A DNA stretch of 32,000 nt from Bacillus subtilis subsp. subtilis str. 168 (GTDB lineage: Bacteria > Bacillota > Bacilli > Bacillales > Bacillaceae): assembly GCF_000009045.1 (NCBI RefSeq), contig NC_000964.3:3060001-3092000 (forward strand). The letters are read 5' to 3'. Positions 19,333 to 30,481 of this stretch are shown one piece after another (the first letter of the stretch is position 1; each line of letters opens with the position of its first letter). Under the pieces are notes generated by a model. The model was not told the origin of the DNA, did no database searches, and saw only the letters and a program-made list of their open reading frames with translations. The position numbers and the translations under genes were made by a program.

Positions 19333-20619
19333 TTATACATTCTGCATCTGAAAAAGCTCTTTCATGCCGATCGGCTTCTTTTCGGCAACCGAGCGCCACA
19401 TTCCCTCACCAACCGCGATGGAGTAGGCTCCAGCTTCAGCCCCGGCTAAAATATCATAGCGGCGCAGCGGGTCTTTCCCTAAAAAAAGATCCTCAAGCAA
19501 AAGCGGATCACCTCCGCCATGCCCCCCTTCATTTTTGACCACTTGTATCGTCTGCTTTGATTCAAAAAGCGGATAGTATTCGATTGTCTGCTCAGGAAAA
19601 GCAAACGGAATTCTGGAAGGTTCGTGAAATTCATTTGATTCAATACGTCCTTTTGTGCCGTTGATCGTCAGCCGGTAGCCTTCATACGGGGCCGAAAAAA
19701 TAATCGAGTAGCTTAACAGTGCGCCGCCATCATATTTGACTGCCGCCACGTACGTATCCTCGATGTCAATTTCCTCGTCAAAAATACACGCGTCAGGCCT
19801 GTATGCAGTATATAAGCTGGACTGGTCTCCTGCTTCAAGATGATCATCCTTTATAGAAGCTTTAGAGGAACGGGGATGCCACCTTGAATAGTAGTGGCAT
19901 TTTTCTTTAACACGGCACGTCCCGCAAAAACGCCCGTCTTCTTCCGGCAAGGGGTTCCACTCACTGTCCGGCCCATAGTAATTCAAGGCGCCATAAGCAA
20001 ATACCTCTTCCGGATTTTGCCCGAGCCACCAATTGACGAGATCGAAGTGATGTGTTGATTTATGGACAGAAAGACCGCCGGAAAACTGTCTCGACCTGTT
20101 CCAGCGTTTAAAATAGCTGGCGCCATGATACGTATCAATATACCAATTTAAATCAACAGAAGTGACCCTGCCTATTTTTCCGTCCAGAATCATTTCTTTT
20201 ATTTTCCGATGAAACGGGCTGTAGCGATAGTTAAACGCGACGGTGACTTTTCCTTCGCTTTTGGCCTCCGCTTCAAGCACCCGATTCGCATCCTGCACTG
20301 TTGTCACCATTGGTTTTTCAGTAATCACATCTGTATTCCACTGAAGGCTTTTTACAATATATGCGACATGCGTATCGTCCCTGCCTGCCACAATGACGAT
20401 ATCAGGCTTTGAGACGCGCATCATCTCGTCAAAAGCATCTTCGCTAAACTCAGGCACGTGGGCCAGCTCGGGAAATTTCTTCTTGCAAACGGCAAAACGT
20501 TTCGGATCGGCATCCAGCAATCCCGTAATCTCATAATGAGTTGAAAACCGCTCCATCAGTGGTTTGATAAACATACTGAATGCTCTGCTGCTCAATCCGC
20601 AAAAGACGATGTTCTTCAA
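19333..20619 (-). CDS. yteT: Gfo/Idh/MocA family oxidoreductase
   Basis: VITEKPMVTTVQDANRVLEA (EKP motif), GLSVHKSTHHFDLVNWWLG, and a Rossmann N-terminus. TTG start at 20619 behind GAGGTGAGG; the supplied ORF extends to 20628. Confidence 0.87.
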   Translation of the reverse strand: MKNIVFCGLSSRAFSMFIKPLMERFSTHYEITGLLDADPKRFAVCKKKFPELAHVPEFSEDAFDEMMRVSKPDIVIVAGRDDTHVAYIVKSLQWNTDVITEKPMVTTVQDANRVLEAEAKSEGKVTVAFNYRYSPFHRKIKEMILDGKIGRVTSVDLNWYIDTYHGASYFKRWNRSRQFSGGLSVHKSTHHFDLVNWWLGQNPEEVFAYGALNYYGPDSEWNPLPEEDGRFCGTCRVKEKCHYYSRWHPRSSKASIKDDHLEAGDQSSLYTAYRPDACIFDEEIDIEDTYVAAVKYDGGALLSYSIIFSAPYEGYRLTINGTKGRIESNEFHEPSRIPFAFPEQTIEYYPLFESKQTIQVVKNEGGHGGGDPLLLEDLFLGKDPLRRYDILAGAEAGAYSIAVGEGMWRSVAEKKPIGMKELFQMQNV

Positions 20620-20630
20620 TATCCTCACCT

Positions 20631-23225
<2,595 letters not shown>

Positions 23226-23452
23226 TTTTTCCTAGCCTCCTTTCACGGATTCTTGCATTCACTGTAGCGCAGCAGGCAAAAGTCCGTCTACAATCATATG
23301 ATCACATCCTGTTTTATCCCTTTATAATCAAGGGTTCAGCCGGTCCACCTGAAAAAAAGACACCGATATTAGAAAATGATTATTGACAATATCTATCAAT
23401 CTTTGGATTAATTGTATTAAGGTGAAGTGGATGTTATGAAATGGGGGGTTTT

Positions 23453-25759
23453 ATGAAAAGAAGCCAATACAAGTTTTACTACAAACTGATCACGTTTTTC
23501 TGCCTGCTCAGCACCATTCCGGTTATTTTGGTCGGATTATTTTCGTACGAGCACTCTCAGAAAACGGCTATTTCCAACGTTTCGGAGGAAAAATTCGACA
23601 CACTCCAGCAGACCCAGCAAAGCATCGAGCATATATTGAAAACCGTCGATCACTCTTTAACCCACTATGTGAGTTCGCCGCCTCTCCTTCGCACATTGTC
23701 CGAGCCTTTGCACTCAGACCAATTTCAAATCTATAACCAAGTGAACCAAGAGCTCAATTATCTGCAAAGCTTTGATACCGATCTGTCCAACATGACGTTA
23801 GTCAGTTATACGAAAAAATGGTACATGAACAATTCCGGTTTGTACCGTTTGAATACAGACACTCTTCATGAAGCAGCCTCAGCGTACACGAAACAAAAAG
23901 CGAGCCGCTCCTATTGGACGCTTGAGGAAAACAATCATTTGATTTCAACCAAAGAAGGCACAGCAGAAAACTGCCGCTACAATATCAATTTAATTAAGCA
24001 GCTTCCTTTGAACAGCACAAATACAAAGGGATTGGCCGCCGCAAGCATCCCGAGCTGTTCGCTTGTCAAAAATATGCCCGGCTATTCAAACGCCAACAAC
24101 CTGTTTATCATCGATGAAAAAGGCCTCATCATCCTTCATAACAATATGTCTGACGTTGGTGAATCTCTTCATAACGACGGCTTTGTCCAAAAAGTGCTGG
24201 CGCAAACGGCCAATAGCGGACAGTTTGAAACAGTGATTGACCGGATTCATTATAAAGTCACCTATCAAAAATCTGACTATAATGCATGGACTTATTTTTC
24301 TCTCGTTTCCCTGCCTGAGTTAAAAAAAGAAGCCAAATCAATCGGCTGGATCACTTTTGCAGTATGCCTCATTTTGTTAACGCTTTCATTGCTGTTCTCT
24401 TGGCTTGGCTCCCGCCATTTTTACAAGCCGATCAGGGTGCTTTACGAATCATTCGCAAGACATGGAGCCATACAAGAGAAACAACAGCCTCCTCAAAATG
24501 AATTTGAGTTAATTGAACAGAGCTTTAAGCAGCTGAAGGACAGAAATGACGACCTTGAAGAAACGATGAAGCAGCAGGCCACTCATCTGCAGCAATATTT
24601 TATGGTCAGGCTTATGCTTGGAAAACTGACGGATGAGGAGGTTGATAACCGTTTTGAAAGCCTCGGCTTAAAGCAAAATTGGCGGCACCTTGCCCTGCTT
24701 GTGCTCCAAATTGACACACTGAATCATACGCCTTATGAGAAAAAAGATATGGATCTGCTTTTGTTTGCCGTCAACAGCCTGATTGAGCGCAACATCCCGA
24801 CGGACAAACATCTTGCCCCCGCCGTAGTTGACAAACAGCAGGCGACGATTTTGATCAATCAAAGCGGGACAAAGGAAGAATTCATGGCTGAGCTGAATGA
24901 GACTGCAAGGATGATTCAGGAAAAAGCGGAAGCTGAGCTGCAGCTGTCTGTCAGCATCGGCATCAGCCAGCCGTTTGATGTGCTGACAAAAGCGAAAACA
25001 GCCTATGCGGAAGGCTCAGAAGCGTTGAAATATCGGCTGAAAGCGGAAAACAAGTCGATCATCTTTTACGAAGACCTTGACCAGAAAAAAACCTTCAAAA
25101 CCCATTTTCCAAAGCAGCTTCAGCATGAGCTGTTCGATGCTGTCAAAGCAGGAGACAAGGAGAAAGCGGATAAATGCCTGCACGCGATTTTACAAGCCAT
25201 TTTCACCCAGAACACCAACCCGTATCAATTTCAAATCGCCATCGCCCGTTTTTTGAACCATGTGATTGAGCTGATGCATGTGCTTGGGATCGAATTGTTT
25301 GAGCTTGAAGAAAACAAAATGCTGTATGACCAAATTTTTGAGCTGAAAACGTTCGAGGATACCGAAAACTGGCTAAAGAATGAGTTTATTGATCCGATGA
25401 CAGACAAAGTGAACGCCCGCGCGGATGCCCAGTACAAAAATATTTCCGACAACATCATTCATATCATCCATCATGAGTTTGAATCCGAATTGACACTGGA
25501 CGAAATCGCACGCAGGCTGCATTACAACCCAAATTATTTAAGCAGTATTTTCAAAAAAGAAATGGGAATTTCATTCAGCGAGTATGTCTCAAGCTACCGA
25601 CACCATATGGCGAAAAGCTGGCTTGCCGAAACCGACATGGCGGTCAAGGACATTGCCGAAAAGCTGAAATATAAAAACTCCCAAAACTTCATCAGATCAT
25701 TTAAGAAGCTGGAAGGGATTACACCGGGAAACTACCGCCAGCAAAAAAGAAGCATGTAA
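23453..25759 (+). CDS. ytdP: Membrane-anchored AraC-family transcriptional regulator
   Basis: N-terminal TM, large extracytoplasmic segment, second TM (WITFAVCLILLTLSLLFSWLG) and C-terminal AraC HTH (LTLDEIARRLHYNPNYLSSIFKKEMGISFSEYVSSYR...NFIRSFKKLEGITPGNYR). Confidence 0.92.
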   Translation: MKRSQYKFYYKLITFFCLLSTIPVILVGLFSYEHSQKTAISNVSEEKFDTLQQTQQSIEHILKTVDHSLTHYVSSPPLLRTLSEPLHSDQFQIYNQVNQELNYLQSFDTDLSNMTLVSYTKKWYMNNSGLYRLNTDTLHEAASAYTKQKASRSYWTLEENNHLISTKEGTAENCRYNINLIKQLPLNSTNTKGLAAASIPSCSLVKNMPGYSNANNLFIIDEKGLIILHNNMSDVGESLHNDGFVQKVLAQTANSGQFETVIDRIHYKVTYQKSDYNAWTYFSLVSLPELKKEAKSIGWITFAVCLILLTLSLLFSWLGSRHFYKPIRVLYESFARHGAIQEKQQPPQNEFELIEQSFKQLKDRNDDLEETMKQQATHLQQYFMVRLMLGKLTDEEVDNRFESLGLKQNWRHLALLVLQIDTLNHTPYEKKDMDLLLFAVNSLIERNIPTDKHLAPAVVDKQQATILINQSGTKEEFMAELNETARMIQEKAEAELQLSVSIGISQPFDVLTKAKTAYAEGSEALKYRLKAENKSIIFYEDLDQKKTFKTHFPKQLQHELFDAVKAGDKEKADKCLHAILQAIFTQNTNPYQFQIAIARFLNHVIELMHVLGIELFELEENKMLYDQIFELKTFEDTENWLKNEFIDPMTDKVNARADAQYKNISDNIIHIIHHEFESELTLDEIARRLHYNPNYLSSIFKKEMGISFSEYVSSYRHHMAKSWLAETDMAVKDIAEKLKYKNSQNFIRSFKKLEGITPGNYRQQKRSM

Positions 25760-25793
25760 AAAACCCAAAACCGCTTGCGCGTTTTGGGTTTTT
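25759..25793. terminator. Bidirectional terminator between ytdP and ytcQ
   Basis: AAAAACCCAAAAC...GTTTTGGGTTTTT stem-loop. Confidence 0.88.
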
Positions 25794-25799
25794 CCAATG

Positions 25800-27296
25800 T
25801 TATTTTGCTTGTTTAAACGCTTCTTCGTATTCCTGAATAATTTGTTTTCCTCCGCTTGACTCCCATTTTTCCACTTCTTTATCGAACTGGCTTTCTGTGA
25901 TGTCTCCAATCATATATTTGTAGGTCGCGTCATCAATGATTTTCTTCAGTTCGTCACCCCGTTCCGACTCCGATGCGGAATACAGGCTTTCAGCCGGGTT
26001 TGAGACGATAATCTTTTCATTGTCCTCGGTCAGCTCCTCGTACGCCGTCCGAAGCGGATCTCCAGTGTTTTTTAAGTAGGCTTTATCAATGGCAATTAAA
26101 GCGGACAGCGGCTGAATATCAGTCTGCCAGTCTTTTACCTGGCTTTCTTTGCGTGTAAACGTTTTGTCCTCACCTTTGTTGTAATGAACGCCGTCAATGC
26201 CATAAGTCATCAGGCTATAGACATCTTCTTCGGCAATTCGGTCAAAAAACGCCAAGATCCGTTTAAGCTCAGCTTCCGTTTTCACACTCGTTTTCGGGAA
26301 AGCAAACACGCCGTTATGGCCTCCTGATGCCCATACCCGCTCTTTCCCATCTGGGCCTTTTATGCGGTTGATGATCTCGAGCTTCATCGATTTATCAGAG
26401 GCATGGTCGCGCAGATTGACCGCATCTACCATATTGCCAATATAAATTCCGGCTTTTCCTTGAGAAAACAGCTCTTGCTGCTGGGTTTTGCTTGTGACGG
26501 GAAAATCCTTATTCATATACCCGTTATCACGCAGCTTTTTCATATAGTTCATCGTGTCTTTGTATTCCTGTGTCATGAAATCAGGCGTGAATTTGCCGCC
26601 CGATTCCTTCCAATCTGTCGGCATGCCTTCATACGAGCCAATCGTTTTAAACGCGCCGTAAATCAAGTCATTACGGTCTGCCAGCCCGAATGTATCATCT
26701 TTCCCATCCTTGTCCGGGTCGTCCTCCGTAAATGCTTTGGCCACTTCATAAAGCTCATCCAACGTTTTCGGGGTTTTCAAATTTAAATTGTCCAGCCAGT
26801 CCTTCCGAATGACGATCCCCTGTCTGGAAAGCGGGCGCTCTCTGTATATCCCGTAGAGCTTGCCGTCAATTGTCACATTTTTATTAATGAGTTTGTTCAT
26901 TTTGTTTAAGTTGGGATAATCCTTGATATAATCGCCGATTTCCCAAAACATTCCTGACCGAAAGGCATTCATGACTGACGAATTTTTAATATCCTGGATG
27001 GTCACGATTTGCGGAAGATTGCCGGCTGCAAGCGCTGCATTCAGCCTGTCTTCTTTCACCGCGTCTGGAACCCAGGTGATGTCGAGTTCTGTATTTGTCA
27101 GCTTTTCAATTTCTTTAATCGCCCTGTCTTTCGGCGGCTGCTGGTGATACAAAATCGCCATCCAAGACAGCTTTACCTTTGAATCTGGGCCAGCTTTGCC
27201 TTCAGCCGAAGACTGATCAGTTCCTTTACAGCCCGCCAGCACTCCGCCGAGTGCCAGTACAAGCACAATCAAAAGCACCCTCCATTTGTTTCCCAT
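25800..27296 (-). CDS. ytcQ: Extracellular solute-binding lipoprotein of carbohydrate ABC transporter (LplA-like)
   Basis: Signal peptide and lipobox MGNKWRVLLIVLVLALGGVLAGCKG. RBS CGGAGGGG before the ATG at 27296. Confidence 0.93.
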   Translation of the reverse strand: MGNKWRVLLIVLVLALGGVLAGCKGTDQSSAEGKAGPDSKVKLSWMAILYHQQPPKDRAIKEIEKLTNTELDITWVPDAVKEDRLNAALAAGNLPQIVTIQDIKNSSVMNAFRSGMFWEIGDYIKDYPNLNKMNKLINKNVTIDGKLYGIYRERPLSRQGIVIRKDWLDNLNLKTPKTLDELYEVAKAFTEDDPDKDGKDDTFGLADRNDLIYGAFKTIGSYEGMPTDWKESGGKFTPDFMTQEYKDTMNYMKKLRDNGYMNKDFPVTSKTQQQELFSQGKAGIYIGNMVDAVNLRDHASDKSMKLEIINRIKGPDGKERVWASGGHNGVFAFPKTSVKTEAELKRILAFFDRIAEEDVYSLMTYGIDGVHYNKGEDKTFTRKESQVKDWQTDIQPLSALIAIDKAYLKNTGDPLRTAYEELTEDNEKIIVSNPAESLYSASESERGDELKKIIDDATYKYMIGDITESQFDKEVEKWESSGGKQIIQEYEEAFKQAK

Positions 27297-27320
27297 CGTA
27301 CCCCTCCGTTTCATATTTCT

Positions 27321-28202
27321 TTATCCTTTGACAGATCCCAGCAAAGCTCCTTTTGCAAAATGCTTTTGTATAAACGGATAGACAAGCAGAACAGGGATGG
27401 TCGCCACCACTATGACCGCCATTTTAATGGTTTGCTCAGGCGGCGGGCTGCCCGACCCCATTTCAGACATATCCCCCTGCATACCGCTTGATACAATGAC
27501 GATTTGGCGCAGAAGCACCTGAATTGGCCATTTTGCTGAATCATTTAAGTACAAGATCGCTGTCATATACGTGTTCCAATACGTGACCGCATAAAATAGT
27601 GAAATCGTTGCGATCGCAGGAAGAGACAGCGGCAGCACAATTTTAAAGAATATGCCCAGATCATTGCACCCGTCAATTTTCGCGGACTCTTCCAGGCTTG
27701 ACGGGATATTTTGAAAGAAGTTTTTCAGAATGATCAGGTTAAAGGCATTAATGGCTGTCGGCAAAATAAGCGCCCAGTAAGAATCGAGCAATCCAAGCGA
27801 TTTGACCACAAGGAAAGTCGGAATCATGCCGCCGCTAAACAGCATCGTAAATACGACGAGAAACATGAGCGGCTGCCGGCCGATTAAATCACGGCGGGAT
27901 AACCCGTAAGCCATCAGTGACGAAAGAAACATGCTGACCGCAGTGCCTATCACTGTCACAAACACAGAAACAAGCAAACTCTTATAAATAATATCTGTTG
28001 AAAAAATGTAGCGATAAGCATCTAGCGAAAAAGTGGTCGGTATTAAAATAAATTTTTTCGACACGACTTCTTCTACTGTGGCAAAGGATGCTGCGATAAC
28101 ATGAATGAACGGAAGTACGCATATTAAAGCGAACATCAGCAAGAAACCATAAATCAACATATCAAACAGACGGTTTTTCAGTGAATGTGCGATAGCTCCC
28201 AC
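27321..28202 (-). CDS. ytcP: Carbohydrate ABC transporter permease (LplC-like); exact start uncertain
   Basis: MalG/LplC-type loop EESAKIDGCNDLGIFFKIVLPLSLPAIA. C-terminal MAVIVVATIPVLLVYPFIQKHFAKGALLGSVKG. Confidence 0.93.
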   Translation of the reverse strand: MGAIAHSLKNRLFDMLIYGFLLMFALICVLPFIHVIAASFATVEEVVSKKFILIPTTFSLDAYRYIFSTDIIYKSLLVSVFVTVIGTAVSMFLSSLMAYGLSRRDLIGRQPLMFLVVFTMLFSGGMIPTFLVVKSLGLLDSYWALILPTAINAFNLIILKNFFQNIPSSLEESAKIDGCNDLGIFFKIVLPLSLPAIATISLFYAVTYWNTYMTAILYLNDSAKWPIQVLLRQIVIVSSGMQGDMSEMGSGSPPPEQTIKMAVIVVATIPVLLVYPFIQKHFAKGALLGSVKG

Positions 28203-28209
28203 CTCCCTT

Positions 28210-28223
28210 TGTAAGCGTTATCA
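28210..28223. promoter_or_regulatory. Candidate CcpA cre site upstream of ytcP
   Basis: TGTAAGCGTTATCA fits the TGWAANCGNTNWCA consensus at every position. Confidence 0.65.
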
Positions 28224-28267
28224 TATTTTTGGAAACCGAGCTCAGCATGTGACGATATCGTGTCTAA

Positions 28268-28297
28268 AATGTAGCAAATCTGTGATTGCCATGTCTA
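28268..28297 (-). promoter_or_regulatory. Candidate SigA promoter for ytcP-ytcQ
   Basis: On the - strand: TAGACA-N18-TACATT. Confidence 0.4.
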
Positions 28298-28366
28298 TAA
28301 TCATTTGAACAGTGTCCCCGGCCGGGCGGGGGCTGCCGCGAATTGAGACCGATAACAAAAGAAAAA

Positions 28367-28395
28367 GAGCATAATCTTAGAAAATGATTATGCTC
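28367..28395 (-). terminator. Terminator of the bio operon, overlapping the ytbQ stop codon
   Basis: On the - strand: GAGCATAATC-ATTTTCTAA-GATTATGCTC followed by TTTTTC. Confidence 0.85.
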
Positions 28396-29149
28396 CGTTC
28401 TCCTCCTCGTTCAGAAGTTCAGCCGTATTGATTTGTGGCGAAAACCCAAGTTCATTCACGGCAGATTCAATGGACCATGGCCGGCCCGGATTATCAGAGA
28501 CGGCGTAATAAGTGCCATACCGGATGTTGGTCTCAATGGCGGCTTTGAAAATCGACAGCAGATCGGGGTGAGAAAGCAGTGTCTTTTTCGTCCGTTCTTT
28601 TTCATGCAGCGTATCCATTTCATCTGTCACGACTGTTCCGATTCGAAGGTTGATTACTGATAGCTTATTTTCCAAATAAAACAAATGGCCGATCTGTTCA
28701 GAGGTCAGCTTTAATACACCGTACAAGTTTTTTGACAGCGGATAATCGCTTGTTGTGATTTCCCGTCCTAAGAGCGAGCGCCCGTCTTTTTCATATACAT
28801 CTGTGACATGATTGCTGCTGGCGAACACGAGCTTTTGAATGCCGAGCTCCGCTGCCGCACGGCACAGATAATAGCTTGCCCTATAGAAAACATCCGTCAT
28901 TTTTTCAAACTCAGCGATGTCCATAATATCGTATTTGATTTTCACAGCGAGTAAATTCAAGATGGCATCGGTATCTTTTGGAATCTTCTTCAACAGCTCC
29001 TCATAATTTGCCGCGTCAGCCTGAATGGAAGAGGCTTTGCCATCGAAATGATCTTTATCAAGCACAGTCACTTCATAGTCTGAAATAAGCCCTTCAGCAA
29101 GCAGTCTCCCAATCACACCATTTCCGCCGGCGATCAGCACTTTTTTCAC
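28388..29149 (-). CDS. ytbQ: NAD-dependent epimerase/dehydratase (extended SDR)
   Basis: KKVLIAGGNGVIGRLLAEGL (Rossmann GxxGxxG) and YPLSKNLYGVLK (YxxxK). GTG start at 29149 with GGGAG RBS. Confidence 0.88.
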   Translation of the reverse strand: MKKVLIAGGNGVIGRLLAEGLISDYEVTVLDKDHFDGKASSIQADAANYEELLKKIPKDTDAILNLLAVKIKYDIMDIAEFEKMTDVFYRASYYLCRAAAELGIQKLVFASSNHVTDVYEKDGRSLLGREITTSDYPLSKNLYGVLKLTSEQIGHLFYLENKLSVINLRIGTVVTDEMDTLHEKERTKKTLLSHPDLLSIFKAAIETNIRYGTYYAVSDNPGRPWSIESAVNELGFSPQINTAELLNEEENGA

Positions 29150-29225
29150 GATGTTCACTCCCCTTTTTTATAGATTGCCCATTTTCGGCGGGGCTGACAC
29201 TTTTTTGGCACTCACATTCTTAGGC

Positions 29226-30413
29226 TTATTCAAAAGTCACCGGCAGCTCCTCAAGCGCCCGAAATCCAAAAAGCGGCCGATACCGCCATTCAAAATCCGC
29301 AAGATTAAGGCTGGGCATTCGCTGCAGAAGAGTGTTAATCGCAATTTGCGCTTCTAATCGTGCCAGCGAGGACCCTAAGCAAACATGATGGCCATGCCCG
29401 AATGAAAGATGCGGATTAGGACTTCTCGTAATATCGAAGACATCGGGGTTCGTGAATATGCTAGGGTCTCGATTAGCCGCTCCTAACAAAAGATAGACTT
29501 GTTCTCCTTGACGGATCGTCACCCCGCAGATGTCAATATCCTCTGACGCAACTCTGGCTGTCATTTGCGTGGGGCTTTCATAGCGTAAACATTCCTCGAC
29601 TGCGGTACCAATAAGATCTGGATTTTCTCTCAGTTTCAAAAGCTGTTCTGGATGCTGCAGCAGACAAAGGACTGAATTGCTGATGAGATTGACCGTTGTC
29701 TCATGTCCGGCGATCGCCAGCAATATGCACGTAGATGCCGCCTCCTCTTCCGTCAGCTTATCCTTTTCTCTCCCCTTCAAGAGCATGCTGATCATATCCT
29801 GTTGAGGGTGGCGTTTTCTCTTTTGAATCAGCTCTTTGAAATATGCCATAGCCTGCACAGCCATAATATTGCCCTCTGTTAATGCCTTTCTTGAGCGGGT
29901 AAAATCAATCGTTTGAATGAGACTCGCAGCCCACTCCTTTAATTGCTCCCTATCTTCCTCCGGTACACCTATAATGTTAGCTATGACAAAACTTGCTAAA
30001 GGAAAAGCAAAGTCCGAAATGACCTCCATCTTTTTTTTACCTTGCACTTGATCAAGCAAATGATGGACAGTTTCAATGATATACGGCTGATAACTCTCTG
30101 TCGTTCTCGGCGTAAACGCTCCGCTGGCAAGCGTCCGCAATCGTCTATGATCAGGCTGGTTCTGAAACAGCATCATTTGATTTTGCACATGTGAAAGGTC
30201 CTGATATTTGGTTGAGCTCTCAGGCAGCGGGGTGCGGACTTTGAATCTCGCATCTTTCAAAATAGCAGCCGTTTCTTCATATCCTGTGACATACCAGCCC
30301 GGGTATTTTAAGAAACTCCCTTTATAGATAGGATGAACAGCTCGCAATGTGTCGTAAAAAGAATATGGGTTTTTCAAAAACTCAGAAGATGCAGTTGACG
30401 ATGCAATTGTCAC
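29226..30413 (-). CDS. bioI: Cytochrome P450 BioI, pimeloyl-ACP forming
   Basis: Heme-ligand motif [11 protein letters not shown]-helix [13 protein letters not shown] (ExxR). GTG start at 30413 ([21 protein letters not shown]) behind AAAGGAG; gives 395 aa. Confidence 0.97.
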   Translation of the reverse strand: MTIASSTASSEFLKNPYSFYDTLRAVHPIYKGSFLKYPGWYVTGYEETAAILKDARFKVRTPLPESSTKYQDLSHVQNQMMLFQNQPDHRRLRTLASGAFTPRTTESYQPYIIETVHHLLDQVQGKKKMEVISDFAFPLASFVIANIIGVPEEDREQLKEWAASLIQTIDFTRSRKALTEGNIMAVQAMAYFKELIQKRKRHPQQDMISMLLKGREKDKLTEEEAASTCILLAIAGHETTVNLISNSVLCLLQHPEQLLKLRENPDLIGTAVEECLRYESPTQMTARVASEDIDICGVTIRQGEQVYLLLGAANRDPSIFTNPDVFDITRSPNPHLSFGHGHHVCLGSSLARLEAQIAINTLLQRMPSLNLADFEWRYRPLFGFRALEELPVTFE

Positions 30414-30438
30414 GTGATTTTCTCCTTTCTGTTCAAAA

Positions 30439-30475
30439 ATAAAAACAATCGACATCATACCGATTGCTTTTATTG
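30439..30475 (-). terminator. Hairpin between bioB and bioI, candidate partial terminator within the bio operon
   Basis: On the - strand: AATAAAAGCAATCG-GTATGATGT-CGATTGTTTTTATT (14 bp stem with one G-U), followed by UUUUUAUUUUUG. Confidence 0.65.
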
Positions 30476-30481
30476 ATTCTT

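Noticed and set aside
26403-26786. 127 aa + ORF opposite ytcQ
   Set aside because: Antisense of a typical solute-binding lipoprotein gene; no independent coding evidence.
28377-28391. TTAGAAAATGATTAT shared with the ytdP upstream region (about 23369-23383)
   Set aside because: One copy is the loop and arm of the ytbQ terminator, so the match is most likely an AT-rich coincidence.
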